Positions 38,890 to 52,304 of a stretch of 62,103 nucleotides of DNA are shown here, piece by piece. The notes under the pieces are model-generated. The model was not told where the DNA came from. It did not search any database and saw only the letters and a list, made by a program, of their open reading frames with translations. The translations under genes and the position numbers were made by a program. The stretch lies in assembly GCF_003704095.1 (NCBI RefSeq), contig NW_020846122.1, positions 434,001-496,103 of the forward strand. The letters are read 5' to 3'. The DNA is from Pocillopora damicornis (taxonomy: Eukaryota). The stretch's first letter is position 1; every line of letters starts with the position of its first letter.

Positions 38890-40280
38890 TCTGTCTTATT
38901 AGGCAGTTTCATGAAGCTTCGGCTTCGCCATTAGCGCGCACGTGTTCCGGGGTAACTCATTGATGGTGAAATCCCGCTGTTTTAGCAAACTTGGCAAATT
39001 CTCTGGAGTTGAACGGTGGTTCGTTGTTACTTTTCGGCTCTCTTTAGGTGCCATGAGTGGCAAACATTGTTTTGAGCTTCTCCATGGTTGGTTTAGAAGT
39101 TGTTGAGTGGGTCTTCGCGACCTCAGGATATCTTGTTCTCTTCTTCATGGCCATTAGATTGTAATGTTCATCAGGGTATGGTGCACTGAAGTCTACAACT
39201 ATGACATCCCACGTGTCTGTGACTTTAACGGGTTCCTGCCTGTGTAGCTTTGTGGTAACTTGACAAGCATAACAGTGACCTATGATTTGTTCAATCATAC
39301 TGTTCATGCTTGGGTACCCATATTTTCCTCCTATAGTCTGCTTTGTTTTGGTCATCTTGCATTCCCATTAGCCATTTTTCAATTTTTGGTGGGAGTCGCG
39401 TGGTTGCCTTGTTAAACATTGGGAGAAATGGCTTGTGGGCTGTAATGATCTTTAATTTTGGTGCTCCCAGGAGGTAAATGCTGAACTTGCGCTTTGCCCA
39501 GTGTACTGCCAAGGCATCTTTCTCTGTCTGGCTGTATCTTTTCTCTGAATTGGTCATGGTGCCACTTAAGGAGTGAACTGGCTGAGACGGCAACCTGTCT
39601 CCTAAATAACTGGGCTGAGAGTCTCTCAGATGACATTGAGTAAATGCTATTGTTTGGATAAGGTCCACGATTCGTTCATCGCAATTTTGAAGTCGCAGTT
39701 GTTGGCTTTCTCTCTTAACCGAGCAGCACAGGGGTTAGTTGTTTTCGTCATGGGCTGATCTCATATTAAGGAAGACGTATCTTGGGTAGTATTTATTTTT
39801 CTTCAGCTTGAAGTGGTCGTTCAGCTTTTTCTCAAATTTTCGTAGTCTTAATCGCCATCTGTCAGATTTGGTAAACTTTTCTCCAGGCGGGCGAGTTCTT
39901 TTCTGCCATAAATGATAAGTGCATCTTTATAGTCGAGTGGTTCGGTAATCTTGAAATATCTGAATTCCCATTAATTTCTAAGAGCCAGTCGTCCCACACG
40001 TTTCTTGTGGCTATTGGGTTATCTCCTGGGGTGAATGTTGAGATCTTAGGTTTCTTGTTGCTTTAATATCTTGCATTGCACCTGCTTAGTTGGGTGGTGG
40101 TTGTTCCGTGTCAGACATGTTTGCTTGTCTAGCGATGGATTCACGCGTCGCAGTATTTCGCTTGTTGGCCACTCTTGCAAACCTCTGTTGCTACTGTTGT
40201 GTGTTATCCTCGTCGCCCGTGTAGCCAGCGCCTCTATATAATGCACTCTTTTAATAACTAAACTTTCTGACAACTACAAA
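38890..40280 (-). mobile_element. Degenerate, internally deleted Ty3/Gypsy LTR retrotransposon
   Basis: LTR end ..TACA followed by a PBS-like GGCGACGAGGATAA (about 40204-40218). Gag remnant EFRYFKITEPLDYKDALIIYG..KKLNDHF. RNase H SEKRYSQTEKDALAVHWA..YLLGAPK..ITAHKP. Integrase zinc-binding C-x2-C (CYACQ), VVDF..RTRYPEV..FATHGT..PPFNS..RANGEAE. Many stops and frameshifts. Confidence 0.85.
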
Positions 40281-40344
40281 CACGTGGCATTCTTTGTTCA
40301 AAACGGTATGCGCATGCACAAAATGAATTACAGTTGTCTGGGCA

Positions 40345-40685
40345 GTGGACTGGATACCACAGCTGGTTGACCATATTGAGGAGTCTGCGCATGTCACTCA
40401 CATTTTGGGAAGGATCTATGATGTGCATGGAATCTGTCCTCTCCCAATTGCACATTTTTCATCTTGGTTAGGAACACATCCGGCAAACTTGAGTTCTTTT
40501 TTTGAAAATTCGCATTTTCCAGTATTAAGAGTTGCTTCAGCACTCTCAAGTTTCTTAAGTACCTCTTTGAGTCTTCTGTCATGCTCCGCCTGCGTTTTAG
40601 TGTGTACAGACATATTGTCAATGATAGATATTTGACCTCTTATGCTTTCTAGTGTTTGTTTCATCTTGTTCTGGCAGTGTAGCAC
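40345..40685 (-). mobile_element. Gypsy reverse transcriptase fragment
   Basis: IDNMSVHTKTQAEHDRRLKEVLKKLESAEATLNTGKCEFSKKELKFAG (degenerate xxDD region) and PSQNVSDMRRLLNMVNQL (thumb). Confidence 0.8.
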
Positions 40686-41265
40686 CTAAGTTTCTTTAGA
40701 AACTTACCCTCTTTATTCATTTGTCTTTTCAATGCTTTAGTGTTTCTTGAATAACGTAGCAATGATTTATTCATCAAATTTTAACACCTATGTAATAAAT
40801 ATCTATATTCTGTTTAAGCAGCACCGAAGTTAGAACAGTTGTTCAAGATTTCTTACAGCAATGGTTTATTCTCATAGTGCATCCCTGAAGTACATGTCCA
40901 AATGCACTTTCAAAATGCAGCCTCAAAGGTCCCTCTAAACTGTTTCCAAATCGCATTCTTGAAATTCAATTCTGAGCTACATTCCCAGAATACGTTCTTC
41001 AAATGCATCATTAACATAGTTTGAAACTCAAGTTAACCCCAAAGAGTACCTAGCTTTAAATTTCTCCCTAAATCAAGCAAGTAGGTCATGGGAATAAAGG
41101 AAATGGCTTTCACCTTAAGAAGCTCTTGATTTTCAAACAAATTCTTGTTGTCAGTACCATATGAAATGCATAAAGAACAGCATGGATACTAGACATACTG
41201 CTGTTTGCATGTTGAGGGTTAAGAAAAGGTTACACAATTGCAAACTCTCTAAAGAGCAAGAGGAT

Positions 41266-43628
41266 TCACAAGTCAACGAGAAGTTGATTTCTTGTCTTTA
41301 ACCGTACTGAGTTTACAACATCCACACTGATTTCTTCACAACCTTTCAAAATGAGTTTTCTCAACTTTGGCCATTCATTTCTATTGTGCTTAATGTACCA
41401 CTCCACCAGCAATGCATCTGTGATTCTTGAACATGCACTCAGATCAAGGGTTCTAAGAACAGGAAACATAATAGCCAGTTCTCGTAGATTATTGTTGGTA
41501 ATCATTGGAATTTGTGCCAGGCCTAAGTAGCAGAGAGTCTTTCCCACTTTTTGAGACAGAAAGTGTAGTTGATCACCACTGATTCCACGGCAGCTATTTA
41601 GTTCTAACCACTCCAAGGTTTGGAAATTGGGAAAATCCCATAGGGATTGCTCTTTGGGCACAAATGAACCAGTCAAATTCAGCCTCTTCAAAGCAGGAAA
41701 TTTAAGAAGCTGTGTAAACATAATGGGATTATGGGGACATGTCACATCCAAGCTTGTAAGGTTTTCGTATGGTACTTTGTTACTTGGAAATGCCCAATCA
41801 AGAATGTGGTTTGTTAGTCTTCTGCTGTTGTGATAAGTGTCACGTACATCTAATTCAAATGTTTCTAGGCTAGACAACACACCTTGTTCAACATCGTGTA
41901 ATTCTCCTAAAACAAATTTAAAAAAATACTTAGCATGTTATCAATACCGCAGCCCATGTATGCAAACCTTAAAAAAAGGAAAATAGACAGTTCACCTGCT
42001 TCACCATAATCCGTGAGCCATATCAAACTCAGACACAACTTTCGCAAGTGTGGATTACTACTGACAACTGCTTTGAGCCAAGACATCTCTACTGACTCTT
42101 GACATACAAGTGAGATGCTTGTCAATTTCCCACTGCAGCATAAAGCCCTCTGCACATCATCTGCCAGTGGATTTGAGCCTGCTAACTAAGAGGAAAGAAG
42201 ACAACAAATATTTTCCATATTAATGCATTGCAAATGGCTACATTCAATGTATATTTTAATATCATAACCAGCTAGTGCCTTTGATGTTTCTCAGTTTGTT
42301 TCCTCCAAGTTCCTTGATGGTCAAATTCACTGCTATGACACATGAATAGCCAATTGTTATTGACTACATCACTTTCAAGGGGCTAAAATTTGGAATTACC
42401 TCCTAATACTGATCACTGGTTCAACTAGCTCCTTTAGATTAAAAAAAAAAAAAGTGATTGAATTTTAAATGAAATTAGTCAGAATTCACCAATCGGCACA
42501 TCCTCAACTTAATTACATATTGACAACCAAGGTGGCCTCCCCTATAAACCTGGGCTCAGTTGTATAAAGGACAGACAACACTATACAACCCATAAATCAC
42601 TATCCAGCGGATAAGTATTAGGAAAATGCTCTGCACTATCCACCGGATAAAGATTTATCATGTGGATAGCCTTTTCCCCTCTTCAAACAACCAGTGCCAA
42701 GCGTTTTCTTGGAGGTCACTTTCTTTCATCATTCTGTTGAATGGGAAAATTGTTACTTTGGAAGTGACAAAAAAATGATGATGATGATGAAGAAAAGGGT
42801 CACTCTTTAAAAGGGGATTGGTAACCATCTTATTGAAATAATCAACTTTTATCAGTACCATTGGCTCTTTCATTGTCACAGTGGTGATAAAGATGAAGAA
42901 ACACATTCTTAAGTCTATCTTCAACATCCCCTTGTAGGAAGATGACAGCATTGTGACATATATACCATAAATGGGTGTTAATGGCATTTCTATGTACTAT
43001 GAAAAACTTTACATTTTGCAGATTATTTAACATTTCACCAATAAATAATTTTCCACAAAAAAGCACATTTACCAACAATTTTCACGCTTACGTCATTCAC
43101 ATCCACTCTTCCAAAGCTCACTTCTTCAATTGAGGGTAGGCTTTTCAACACTTCTTCAAAGGTCCGTTTTATCCTTTTTTGTAACTTTATGTCCACAGTT
43201 CCAAATGCAAGCCTCCTGAGATTAAGTTTTCCCTGGGAAGCAGCGTTGTAAAGAGCTTCGAGAGTAAATTGAGTCGTAACTTTAAAGGTAAGTTTCTCAA
43301 GGTGAGGACATAAAAGTGGCTGCACGGTTTTTGTTTCATAAGGTTTTAAATATGAGTGCACCATATTTTCGAATTCCAGGTTTCTTATACCTCTAACTTT
43401 AAGGATCTCTATGGCCTCGGAGGCAATCTTTCTATCGTGAAGTCGTATCTTTAAGTTGATATATCTCCAGAGATGAGGAGAGTTAAATATTTTCCGGAAA
43501 TGTCGGTTTAGTCGTGCCATGATTCCTATTTGGCGCGGACTGAGGTATTGTGCGAGATACAAGACCACATCATCTGGCAGAGAGCTCAGTGGAAAACAAA
43601 GATTCTGTGAACGAACTAGAGGATTCAT
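41266..43628 (-). CDS. F-box/LRR-repeat protein (about 455 aa, 3 exons)
   Basis: Exons 43628-43092, 42185-41996 and 41906-41266 are phase-consistent (1368 nt). F-box LSSLPDDVVLYLAQYLSPRQI..LNRHFRKIFNSPHLWRYINL. Cys-containing LRRs LRTLDLSACSRITD and LRKLILKGCEEIS. Confidence 0.88.
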
Positions 43629-43788
43629 GTTTACAGATCAGAATTCCTCAAATTACTAGAACAATTCACGATCGCACGTGTACCGTCTCTTCTCCTCCAT
43701 GGTTTAATTTGAGCAGCTACTGGGAATGAGCTTAAGGACACTTGGTAACTTTTATATAAAAGCGTTGTTATGACACCGGTAAACAAAC
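43629..43788. promoter_or_regulatory. Putative bidirectional promoter between the F-box and acylphosphatase genes
   Basis: Divergent ATGs are 160 bp apart. TATA-like TATATAAAAG at about 43753, E-box CACGTG at 43675, and a strong AAACATGGCG start context. Confidence 0.55.
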
Positions 43789-45988
43789 ATGGCGGCTGGT
43801 AGAAAGGCAAACTCTCTCTGTTCAGTGGACTTTGAGGTTTTTGGGAAGGTACAAGGTAAGTTTGGTTAACACGCATTCGATCGATGAAGCCTATGGCTTG
43901 ATAAAGAAGCAACAGCTCAGCTTTATCATCCAACGAAGAGTGGAAAATGACCTTGGAAGCTTATTAGCGAAATAAGGTTTTTAGGTTTTTTAATATCTCA
44001 ACTTCATTGTAGGCTTTCCTTTCTACATATAGACCTTCCCACCCCTCCTTGTTCGTTTTCCTTAAATCCCTAACGGTTACAGAAACTAGTTGCCAACGCT
44101 TTTAATGATGACAGAAAATCGAAGGTTTTATAAACTTTATGAACTGACTCACTCTCATATTTCAAAGTAACTGAGCTGTTTAATTCTGATGCACGTTTTT
44201 TTTTTCCTTTTTTCAGGTGTATTTTTTCGAAAGGTAATATTTTCTTGATTAAACAACTCCAGCTCTGGGGTTCAAACTTAGCACTGTGAATGCGGTGTTA
44301 ATTGCAACTTGATATCCACAGAGGGAATGCAGTTTTCTTTCAATGTTTTTGGTTTGATTTTTCTCCAAGACCCAGACATCAAATTGTCCTCATGTCCAGC
44401 TGCAGGAACCTGTTGCTTGATCTTCTGAAAAGATTATGACTTTTCATCGGAACATTTTCTTTAGTAAATTAAAAATTAAATTAAATCAGCAGTAAATGGC
44501 AACAGTGCTTTCCAATGGAGTTTTCCTATTTAGCTGGACAGCAAGTCAACAACATAAATTAGAAGGCATTCCTGCAAAAATTGATCTGCAGTTCATGAGA
44601 GGGCTGCATGTAATTGAGATCTGGGAATTAATACTGATAATAGGACAGAGTGGAGTCCAATTTGTGTAAGTAATATCTGGTACAATTTGATGCAAATAAG
44701 CTTAGCTAAATTGCAAACAGAATCACTTGAAATAGTAGTGGATGTGCAATTTGTCGTCATTGAAAAATTTACAAGTGCTTATTCACCCCAAATTACATGA
44801 GAAATCATGTAATTACCTATTAATAGTTTACATTACAGGTGTCGAATGACAGCCAACTGTCCAATTATGCTTTTACAGAATAATTATTGTAAAAGAAAGC
44901 AGGTGTATTGTTTAATATGTTATCTACTGCNNNNNNNNNNNNNNNNNNNNNNNNNNNNNNNNNNNNNNNNNNNNNNNNNNNNNNNNNNNNNNNNNNNNNN
45001 NNNNNNNNNNNNNNNNNNNNNNNNNNNNNNTCCAAGTTTTTGGTGATCCTTGGCAATGTCATTCCTTGACTATGCTGTAGATAGGCAAGAGCTTGAAATA
45101 AAAAAGAGATATAGTAGCTCATCTGGCTTCAATCAAATCATCCATTTAATCAACATGCTATTGAAGGACAACTTCAAATGTTTACGATTTTCTGAGTTTC
45201 AAGTAATCTTCCTATCAGCTTGTCAATGCCAAACCAGATATCCCTACACTATTATGAATGTACTAACTAGGCTAAGGGGGTAGAGGAAGGTAAAGTGAAT
45301 TCTTCAATGATCACAAAATTTCACGAGCTGGTAGGGCAGGTGCAATTTGTAGTCTTTGAAAAATTTACTAGTGAAAAATTATGTTATTACTATTTAATGG
45401 CATACATGAAAAAGCATCACAGAAAATATAGACAGACAAAATTTACACAGGGAATGCCATTTAAACTTTGCACTTGTGTTCCATGAAAAATGTGCTCGTC
45501 TTCAGCCAATCAGAGGCGCTTGATGTTTTCATGTGATACTACATTCTTATAGAGATTAAGTTATAAGAAATGTATGGCAGACAGAGCAGAGAATGGATAC
45601 TTAGATAATGGAGGTGAAACTGATTTCCAAGTTGCAAAAACTTTTCCTACCACTGTGAGGCCAGGTGAGGCACTTTTGTGAAAACAAGTTTGATTGGATT
45701 CACTTTGAATCATAGACTTGTACTTACCTTTATTTCACCTTCTGGGGCTTTGAACCCTCTCACACAGAGACAATCAATAACTAATTTCTCCTCAAAATAT
45801 CAAGTGTTTCTTTAGGCAAGTAAAAGATGAAATGGTCTTCTAAATTGTCTATTTTTCATCCTAGGAGAAAGTGGTTGAGAGTCACAGGAAGCCCACTATC
45901 AAGAATTGATCGATGTGAATTCAAGAATGAAAAAAACATTAGTGTGCTGGAATTTAGTGATTTTGACATCAGGAAAACAAAGCCATAG
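43789..45988 (+). CDS. ACYP: Acylphosphatase (spliced; middle exon in gap)
   Basis: Exon 43789-43855 [23 protein letters not shown], exon 44217-44233 VFFRK (signature GKVQGVFFR), last exon 45865-45988 [40 protein letters not shown]-stop. The missing middle exon is expected in the gap at 44931-45030, which is preceded by an acceptor-like TATCTACTGC. Confidence 0.92.
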
Positions 45989-47400
45989 TGAAACACAGAG
46001 AGTTCCTCTTACATCATCTTATGTATGACTCAATCAGAGAAGCTGCTTTACAGGCTGGAACAATTTTCTGAAACACTTATCAACTGTGTTCAAAGCAGTC
46101 AGAAACCAACTTTCCCTCTTTGCAGTAGAACTAATTTCACAGATGTGTTGACCATAAATTGAAGTTTGAAATAGTGGGTATGGCATGGCAATTCCAATTA
46201 TTGTACTGTTAGACTGTTCCAAAAGACTGTTTTACTGGATTTCTCTATAACCTTAGCATTACAGTCACAATTGTTATGGCTTTTGAGTGTTTGGTTTTTA
46301 AGCACATTGAATATGGTTGGTGGTAGTTTTGGAACACCGTTTCCAGCTAACTTAAACTAACCTTGTGTGGTGACATTAGTTAAACACCATCTCAAATTGT
46401 TCAAAATATTCAAAGTAGACAGCACATTTTGCCCATTGAGAAGAGACTCTAGCAAACAGTGGAAGACTTACTTTTGAAGTGTTTGGCCTATAAGTGTAAA
46501 ATGTCTTCAGTTTTGTGGGCAAAATTAGAAAGGTTTAGTACTTTTTCTTATTGTGTCTAAAAGATTCATAACATCAAACAGATGTTCAAAATAAAGAAAC
46601 TGCATTTTTTCAACAATGTATGCTCATCTTTCATAATGACCAAAGTCAACTGGAACTAATAAAATGTGATTGGAGAGGTATGTGCTTTTTGATTAAGAGC
46701 AGAGATGCAAATTTTTTCTACTACAATTTTTCTGAGGAGGGGAGATTTTGTTTCTGTAACCATCAGTGATTTAACAATAATCTCTAACGATCATAAGTTA
46801 AATTCATCAACATTTATTCATTATTTTTAATAATAATAATAATAATAATAATTATAAATAAAAATCCAACTCAAATTTGTCATAAAATCAGTATTTTTAA
46901 TAGTAAGCTTTAAGTCGCTTTACTCTCAAATATGCTATTTTTGCTTTTCATAAACAAGATAAACTTTTCCACAAAATCAATTCAAAGGCAACTTTTTTCA
47001 ATATTATTTAATAAAGCAAACATGTCAGCATTAAAAGGACCTTTGAAAAGGTCAGCAACCTTTGTATAATAAGAAAAATTTCTAAAAACTGTGTACATTG
47101 GATCAGTATACACTTAATTGCAAAAATGTTCACACCTAAAAAGCATGATCCATGTAATGAGACCCAACTAATTTGTGAGAAATTTTTTTCACTATTCATG
47201 AAAAACCTTTTATGTGATAGTCCTTTTCATTGAGGAAAGTGTGGATTGTTTCCATCATTCACTACCTGCTAATGGTGTTATCATATATATATATATATAT
47301 ATATATATGTAGGCAGAGAGCTGCAAGGTCTCATCATTCACTGCAGACACTTTTTGAAGTGTCAACATTTTTGCAATCCTGTGTATCTTTAAAGAAATCA

Positions 47401-50400
47401 TCAGAGGTATTCCTTGATCCATTTCCTGGCTGATTTGATGTCATCGTCGACTTTTTCTTTTGTTTCTTTGTCAAAAGATGGAAGAGAGCTACAAGAAAAA
47501 ATACATATGTGTTAACAGAATTATGTCTTTTGGTGACTTAACCGTGAGTAGAGAAAGACACTGTTTTGGTATACCTATAGATGACCTCACCATTAACTTT
47601 TTTTTTTTTTGCTTTATTATCTTGAAAAAAGTAGATTTCATATTGCTGTGGGTCTATTTCAGCTGTAGTAAGAGCATCACTGACACTTTCAAGTGTCCTT
47701 TGTAAGCCACTTTTTTGTTCTCATCACATTTTGACATCATCTGTGCTCTGTTCCTTAACAGACACATGGCAATATGGAATCTATTTGTTCTTAAGATCAG
47801 TACTGAGATATGATCAAAATGCGTAACAAGTCAGCTTTTTTTAGAATTTGTCACAAACCTAGAAAATTAATGTAAGCGTTTGTCCTTGAATAGATCATAA
47901 GACTCGATCAAAACCTGTGTGGAATTCAGCTTGTTATTAATATCAGAATGGAGGAAAAATGTATAAATGATTTCAAAATTAACAACATTTTCTTTGTATA
48001 TTACATAGGAAAAACAGATGATTTGTTGCCGTGTTTACATTCAGTATTATAAAATGTTCAGAGAAATGTGCATGCTGCGAGTAGTCAGAATGAGTTCATT
48101 ATATTTCCATAAAGCACACGCCTTACGTCACATGAATGCACTATAGAGATATAATGCATGCAGCCTACGTCATTAGTACACGTGCACACAATTTACCATA
48201 CATTTTATAATAGAAATAACAAAACTTGTTCCTCAAGCATTATTGAGTTATATAAGCACTTGGGAATTCTTAAGAACGCTTGAGAAGTGTGAGAAGCACT
48301 CCCCTTTGGCACGTTTTTATTTCTTTAATAGATCACCTAAGACTTCGAAATGTGGCAGGAACATCAGTGACACACTAGACGTAGGCTGTGCCTTGAGTGG
48401 ATGTTTTTTTCTTTTACCATGTGGGTTTTTACTCTATGAAGGACCTACAAATATGATGCCACTTAACTACAACTAGCTTTTTAAATATTTTCAGGCCTCA
48501 CATTTAAATATTTGTTTTCTTGTTAAGAAGCCAATATGGAACTTACCTGTAAATAGCTGAACTCACAACGTCAATAACTCCCCCTGTGGTTAAAACAAAC
48601 AAAAGTGAATTGCTTTCTTGTGCAAGATATTCAAATAATTTTTGCCACAAGCATTTAAATGTAACAAACAGCTCCTTGTTGTTTTGAAAAACTGACCCCT
48701 CAATACTTTGCAACATAATTTCTCAGAATTTGCAGAGCCTGAATCATTCTGCTAAATTGTGTCTTTCTATTTTTTTATACATATACTCAGAATTTTGCTG
48801 GCAACTAACATCCTCTTGGTTTCATGTTAAAAATTTCCATCAACATTTTAAATATTACTCTCTTAAAAGCAAAAACATTGTAAGTTGAAGGGTTTCAAAT
48901 TGCACAAGAACTTATTCATTTTGATAAAATTGTTGTAAGTATTTGAAGCCTATTATCAAGCAAGGGTAAAGGATTTTCAAATAATAATACTAATTGTAAA
49001 AAAAAAACACTTATGCTCTATTGATAGGATTTCATATCTTATTGATTCTCAGAACTAACCTGGAGTGCAAACTGTGTCACAAACACTGCAAAGGCTACAA
49101 TATTTGCAATACTGTAGACACAAACAGAAAGACAAACAAAACATTAAAAAATAATACAAAGCTGATCACTACACAAAACATATGGAAAAAAGAAAAAAAC
49201 TATTCCTTAATGAAATTCCAGTAAGTTGCTTATTCTTGAGGACTGTACCGCATTTTCTAGTAACACATACCAGTACTTTAACTTAAATATAACTTCCAAT
49301 TAATGACATTGAACTAGTCAATTCAATCAATTTAAGGACAGCTTAAAACAGAATGCAAGATTCCTTAATATAAGCTGCCTTAATTATTTACCCAGTTAAA
49401 AAAAAATCAGTGTCAAAGACTAATTACAAAAGGGGAAAAATTACCCTAAATTCATGATAGAAATATGATAATTACAATAAAAAAATTGGCACTGAACTTC
49501 TCATAATAAGCTATTGACAGAGGTAGTGATTCTGAAAGGTGATAATTATAAATTTTGCCCTCAAATTATTTTTAGCAGGGGTGGTCTACAGATTAAAAAC
49601 CTTTCACCCACCTTGCACAAGTGACAGTTTGGCTTTTTCTTACTTTTCTCACAGGGACAATCCTTGTCACATAATTCACAAAACTACCAGAAAAAAGTGA
49701 GTTATCAGAGTTACTACATGAAGGGTACTAGCAAATTTTAAAAACCCCTTTAACTCCCATGATCCCACAATTGTTAATTCTCTTGCTTCGCTGCTGCACA
49801 TTTCCTTGTAACTTGGTAACAAGAATTAATTGTTAGATCATGATAAATCTTTTATCTAAATATTATCAGACCTGCTTCATGGATAATGTATGGATGTTAT
49901 GGGTAGAAGTTGCAAGTAAATCACTCCTAGGAATAAAAGGGTTAACTTGTCCATTAAAGAAGGATGATTCATGGAAAGCACACTTCACCAGCTAGCACAT
50001 GAGTACCAGGCCTGTGATGTGTATGAGTACCTACGTGAGCACCTGTCGTTATCCGGTAAAACTTAGGATTACGACAGGTAGTATGTTCAATGCTTTTAAT
50101 TGCAAGTTGTCAAATATTTGTTTACACATGAATAATTCATTTTGGATACACGGAAGAACAACTTTTCAAGTGACCTGAAGAGACAAAGGGTGGCAAAGCT
50201 CACAAGCTAAGCTAAATCTCACTGTTTGTTTTAACGTTGTCTGACGTTGCGATCATTTTCACTTTTTAACGGAGTCATCAGTTTGTCATCATCTGATCAC
50301 GTCAGAGCGGGGGTGATTCTTTTACGAAAAAAACCGACGTCCACACAGACGAAGACTGGGAACTTTTAGAAAGAAATGAATTTCTCATGCTCAATCCTAC

Positions 50401-50832
50401 TTAAAGATCGTTAGCAAAGGAATAATATGCGGAATTTGATTGATGTATACTTCACTGTGATCTCGAGATCAAAGTCCGCAACGGTTCGCACTGTACAGAA
50501 ATTCCTCGTAAAAAAATTTGTATCTGATCACGTCAGGCATTCCTAATATCTAGTTTAACAACGACACTTACCTTGCAATAGGTACAATAGTTACATAATG
50601 ACCCCAGAGCATATTTTTTGTCATCTTCGGAAGAGTTTTCTGCTGAATCCGTTGGAGGTTCCGAGTTGACCTCTTCCGATGGCGCGTCGTTGGCGTTTGA
50701 CTCGCGTTCCGACTCTTGTGACAGTTTTGGCTCTAGCATTGGTTCCTCTGCAACCTCTTCGTCACCGACAGCAGCATGTGTGGTTATCAGGAGGCTAAGG
50801 AGGCCCATCAAAATGAACGACTTCATTTTCAT
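47401..50832 (-). CDS. Secreted/ER-luminal acidic Cys-rich protein, HRC (sarcoplasmic reticulum histidine-rich Ca-binding protein) C-terminal-domain homolog, 169 aa
   Basis: Exons 50832-50572, 49683-49612, 49111-49060, 48583-48547 and 47488-47401 (510 nt, phase-consistent). Signal peptide, acidic linker, then GSLCNYCTYCKFCELCDKDCPCEKSKKKPNCHLCKYCKYCSLCSVCDTVCTPGGVIDVVSSAIY, resembling the HRC C-terminus GSLCGYCSFC...CETVCAPGSYVD. Confidence 0.85.
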
Positions 50833-51605
50833 CCTTCTCAAGACCTAACGCCTTACCAGCCGCAAACTGCTTGGCACTTCTGCGACCAAGCTGTCAAACT
50901 GCAACCGCTGATTAATGACGGCTCACCAGCAAGGAAACTTTCGGGACTCCTCGAAACTTTACGTCCGCCGGCGCGGGTTCGGGACTGATCTACGGAAACC
51001 TAACGAATATGAAAGCAGGAAAAAAACTGCTGTTTCATGAAAAAAGAACTTAGTTGGTGGTCTACCACTGAATAAACGTGTCCCAAATAACAGTCATTCA
51101 TATGAGGAATAAAGAGAGTTTGTGCAATCTTGAAAAAGATACACTTCTGATGTGGCTACATATAGTACAGTAGCACTGATAAAGAACTAAGCAATATCAG
51201 CAACATATCATTGAACTGATTTATTCTATGCTTCTTCGTAGGGAGAAGCGTACCAAAAGACAACGCTGAATGCTAATGCTCTTATATGGTGATTTCCTCA
51301 AAGAACTGAGACAGTTTGTAATGTAACGCAACGCAACATGATGTCACGCAATATCGAATAACAAGAATAGTAGCTTATTTTTCTGCACGCTTTTCTCAGA
51401 ACATATAAAGAAAGGCATTGAGCGTCCCAAGGGCTTCTTTTAAACTTTGCCAAGGGAACGAAGATAAGGTCTGGGAAGGAATTTAGGAAGGGTTAGAAAG
51501 AAGTTCCAAGTGTATCCCTTATTTCATTTTATTCTCGTTTCGTTTTAAAGATATTCTTTTCAATTATAGATACATATCGTTTCTTAAAGAGAGATAATTT
51601 TCAGA

Positions 51606-51899
51606 TCACGAGCGCGGGACATAGAAAATATTCTGAGTCCCCATAAGGAATCGAACCTCATACCTTCGGATTCCACGCTCCGATGCTCTACCACTGAGCC
51701 ACAGAGACTCCACGGTGAGTGAGATCTATTACGAAGTTCATATGACACGTGCTCTGCATACTGCTAGGACCAGCAATGTCGATAGCGTCATGTTTGTAAA
51801 TAGAAAAGGAGAGATGATAAGTTTTGAGCTCGATAAAGAAATGATATTTTTCGTCTTGCCACGAGCGTGGGACAAATGAAAAGCTCTGAGTCCCCATGA
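51606..51899 (-). mobile_element. tRNA-derived repeat unit with ~38-bp direct repeats at both ends
   Basis: tRNA-like cloverleaf at 51637-51708 (A box TGGCTCAGTGG, B box GGTTCGATTCC, abnormal 8-nt anticodon loop). Direct repeats at 51607-51644 and 51860-51897. Confidence 0.75.
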
Positions 51900-52304
51900 G
51901 CTCGTTTCCTATCAGTAATAGTCAGTCAATGGAACTTGTCATTACCATTACCGATACCGAAGAATAGAAACTTCCTAGAAATGAGGAATTAGCCATTACT
52001 TTTTTTCCCTTTAGGGGGGGAGGGTGTTCGGAGGATTTTGCTTGTGTCATGATAAAATTTACCTGACCCACTCCGCTCCCCATAAGGCTCTGTAGTATTC
52101 TAATGATCCCTCTTTAGACTCAGTTAATTTCTATACTAGTCCCCATTTTTAATTATACTTTGTAAGCGACGACTGAACTCTCCCCAGTTCCTCTGGAAAC
52201 CATCTGACCCCTCCCTTCCATAAAATTCTTGCAACCCCCACATCAGGCGATTAATAATGCTTATTAGAATTCGACGTAGGTTTTTATCTCATCAAATACT
52301 TCTC

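Noticed and set aside
51637-51708. Functional tRNA gene
   Set aside because: 8-nt anticodon loop without the canonical U-turn context, several G-U pairs in the acceptor stem, and embedded in a multi-copy repeat.
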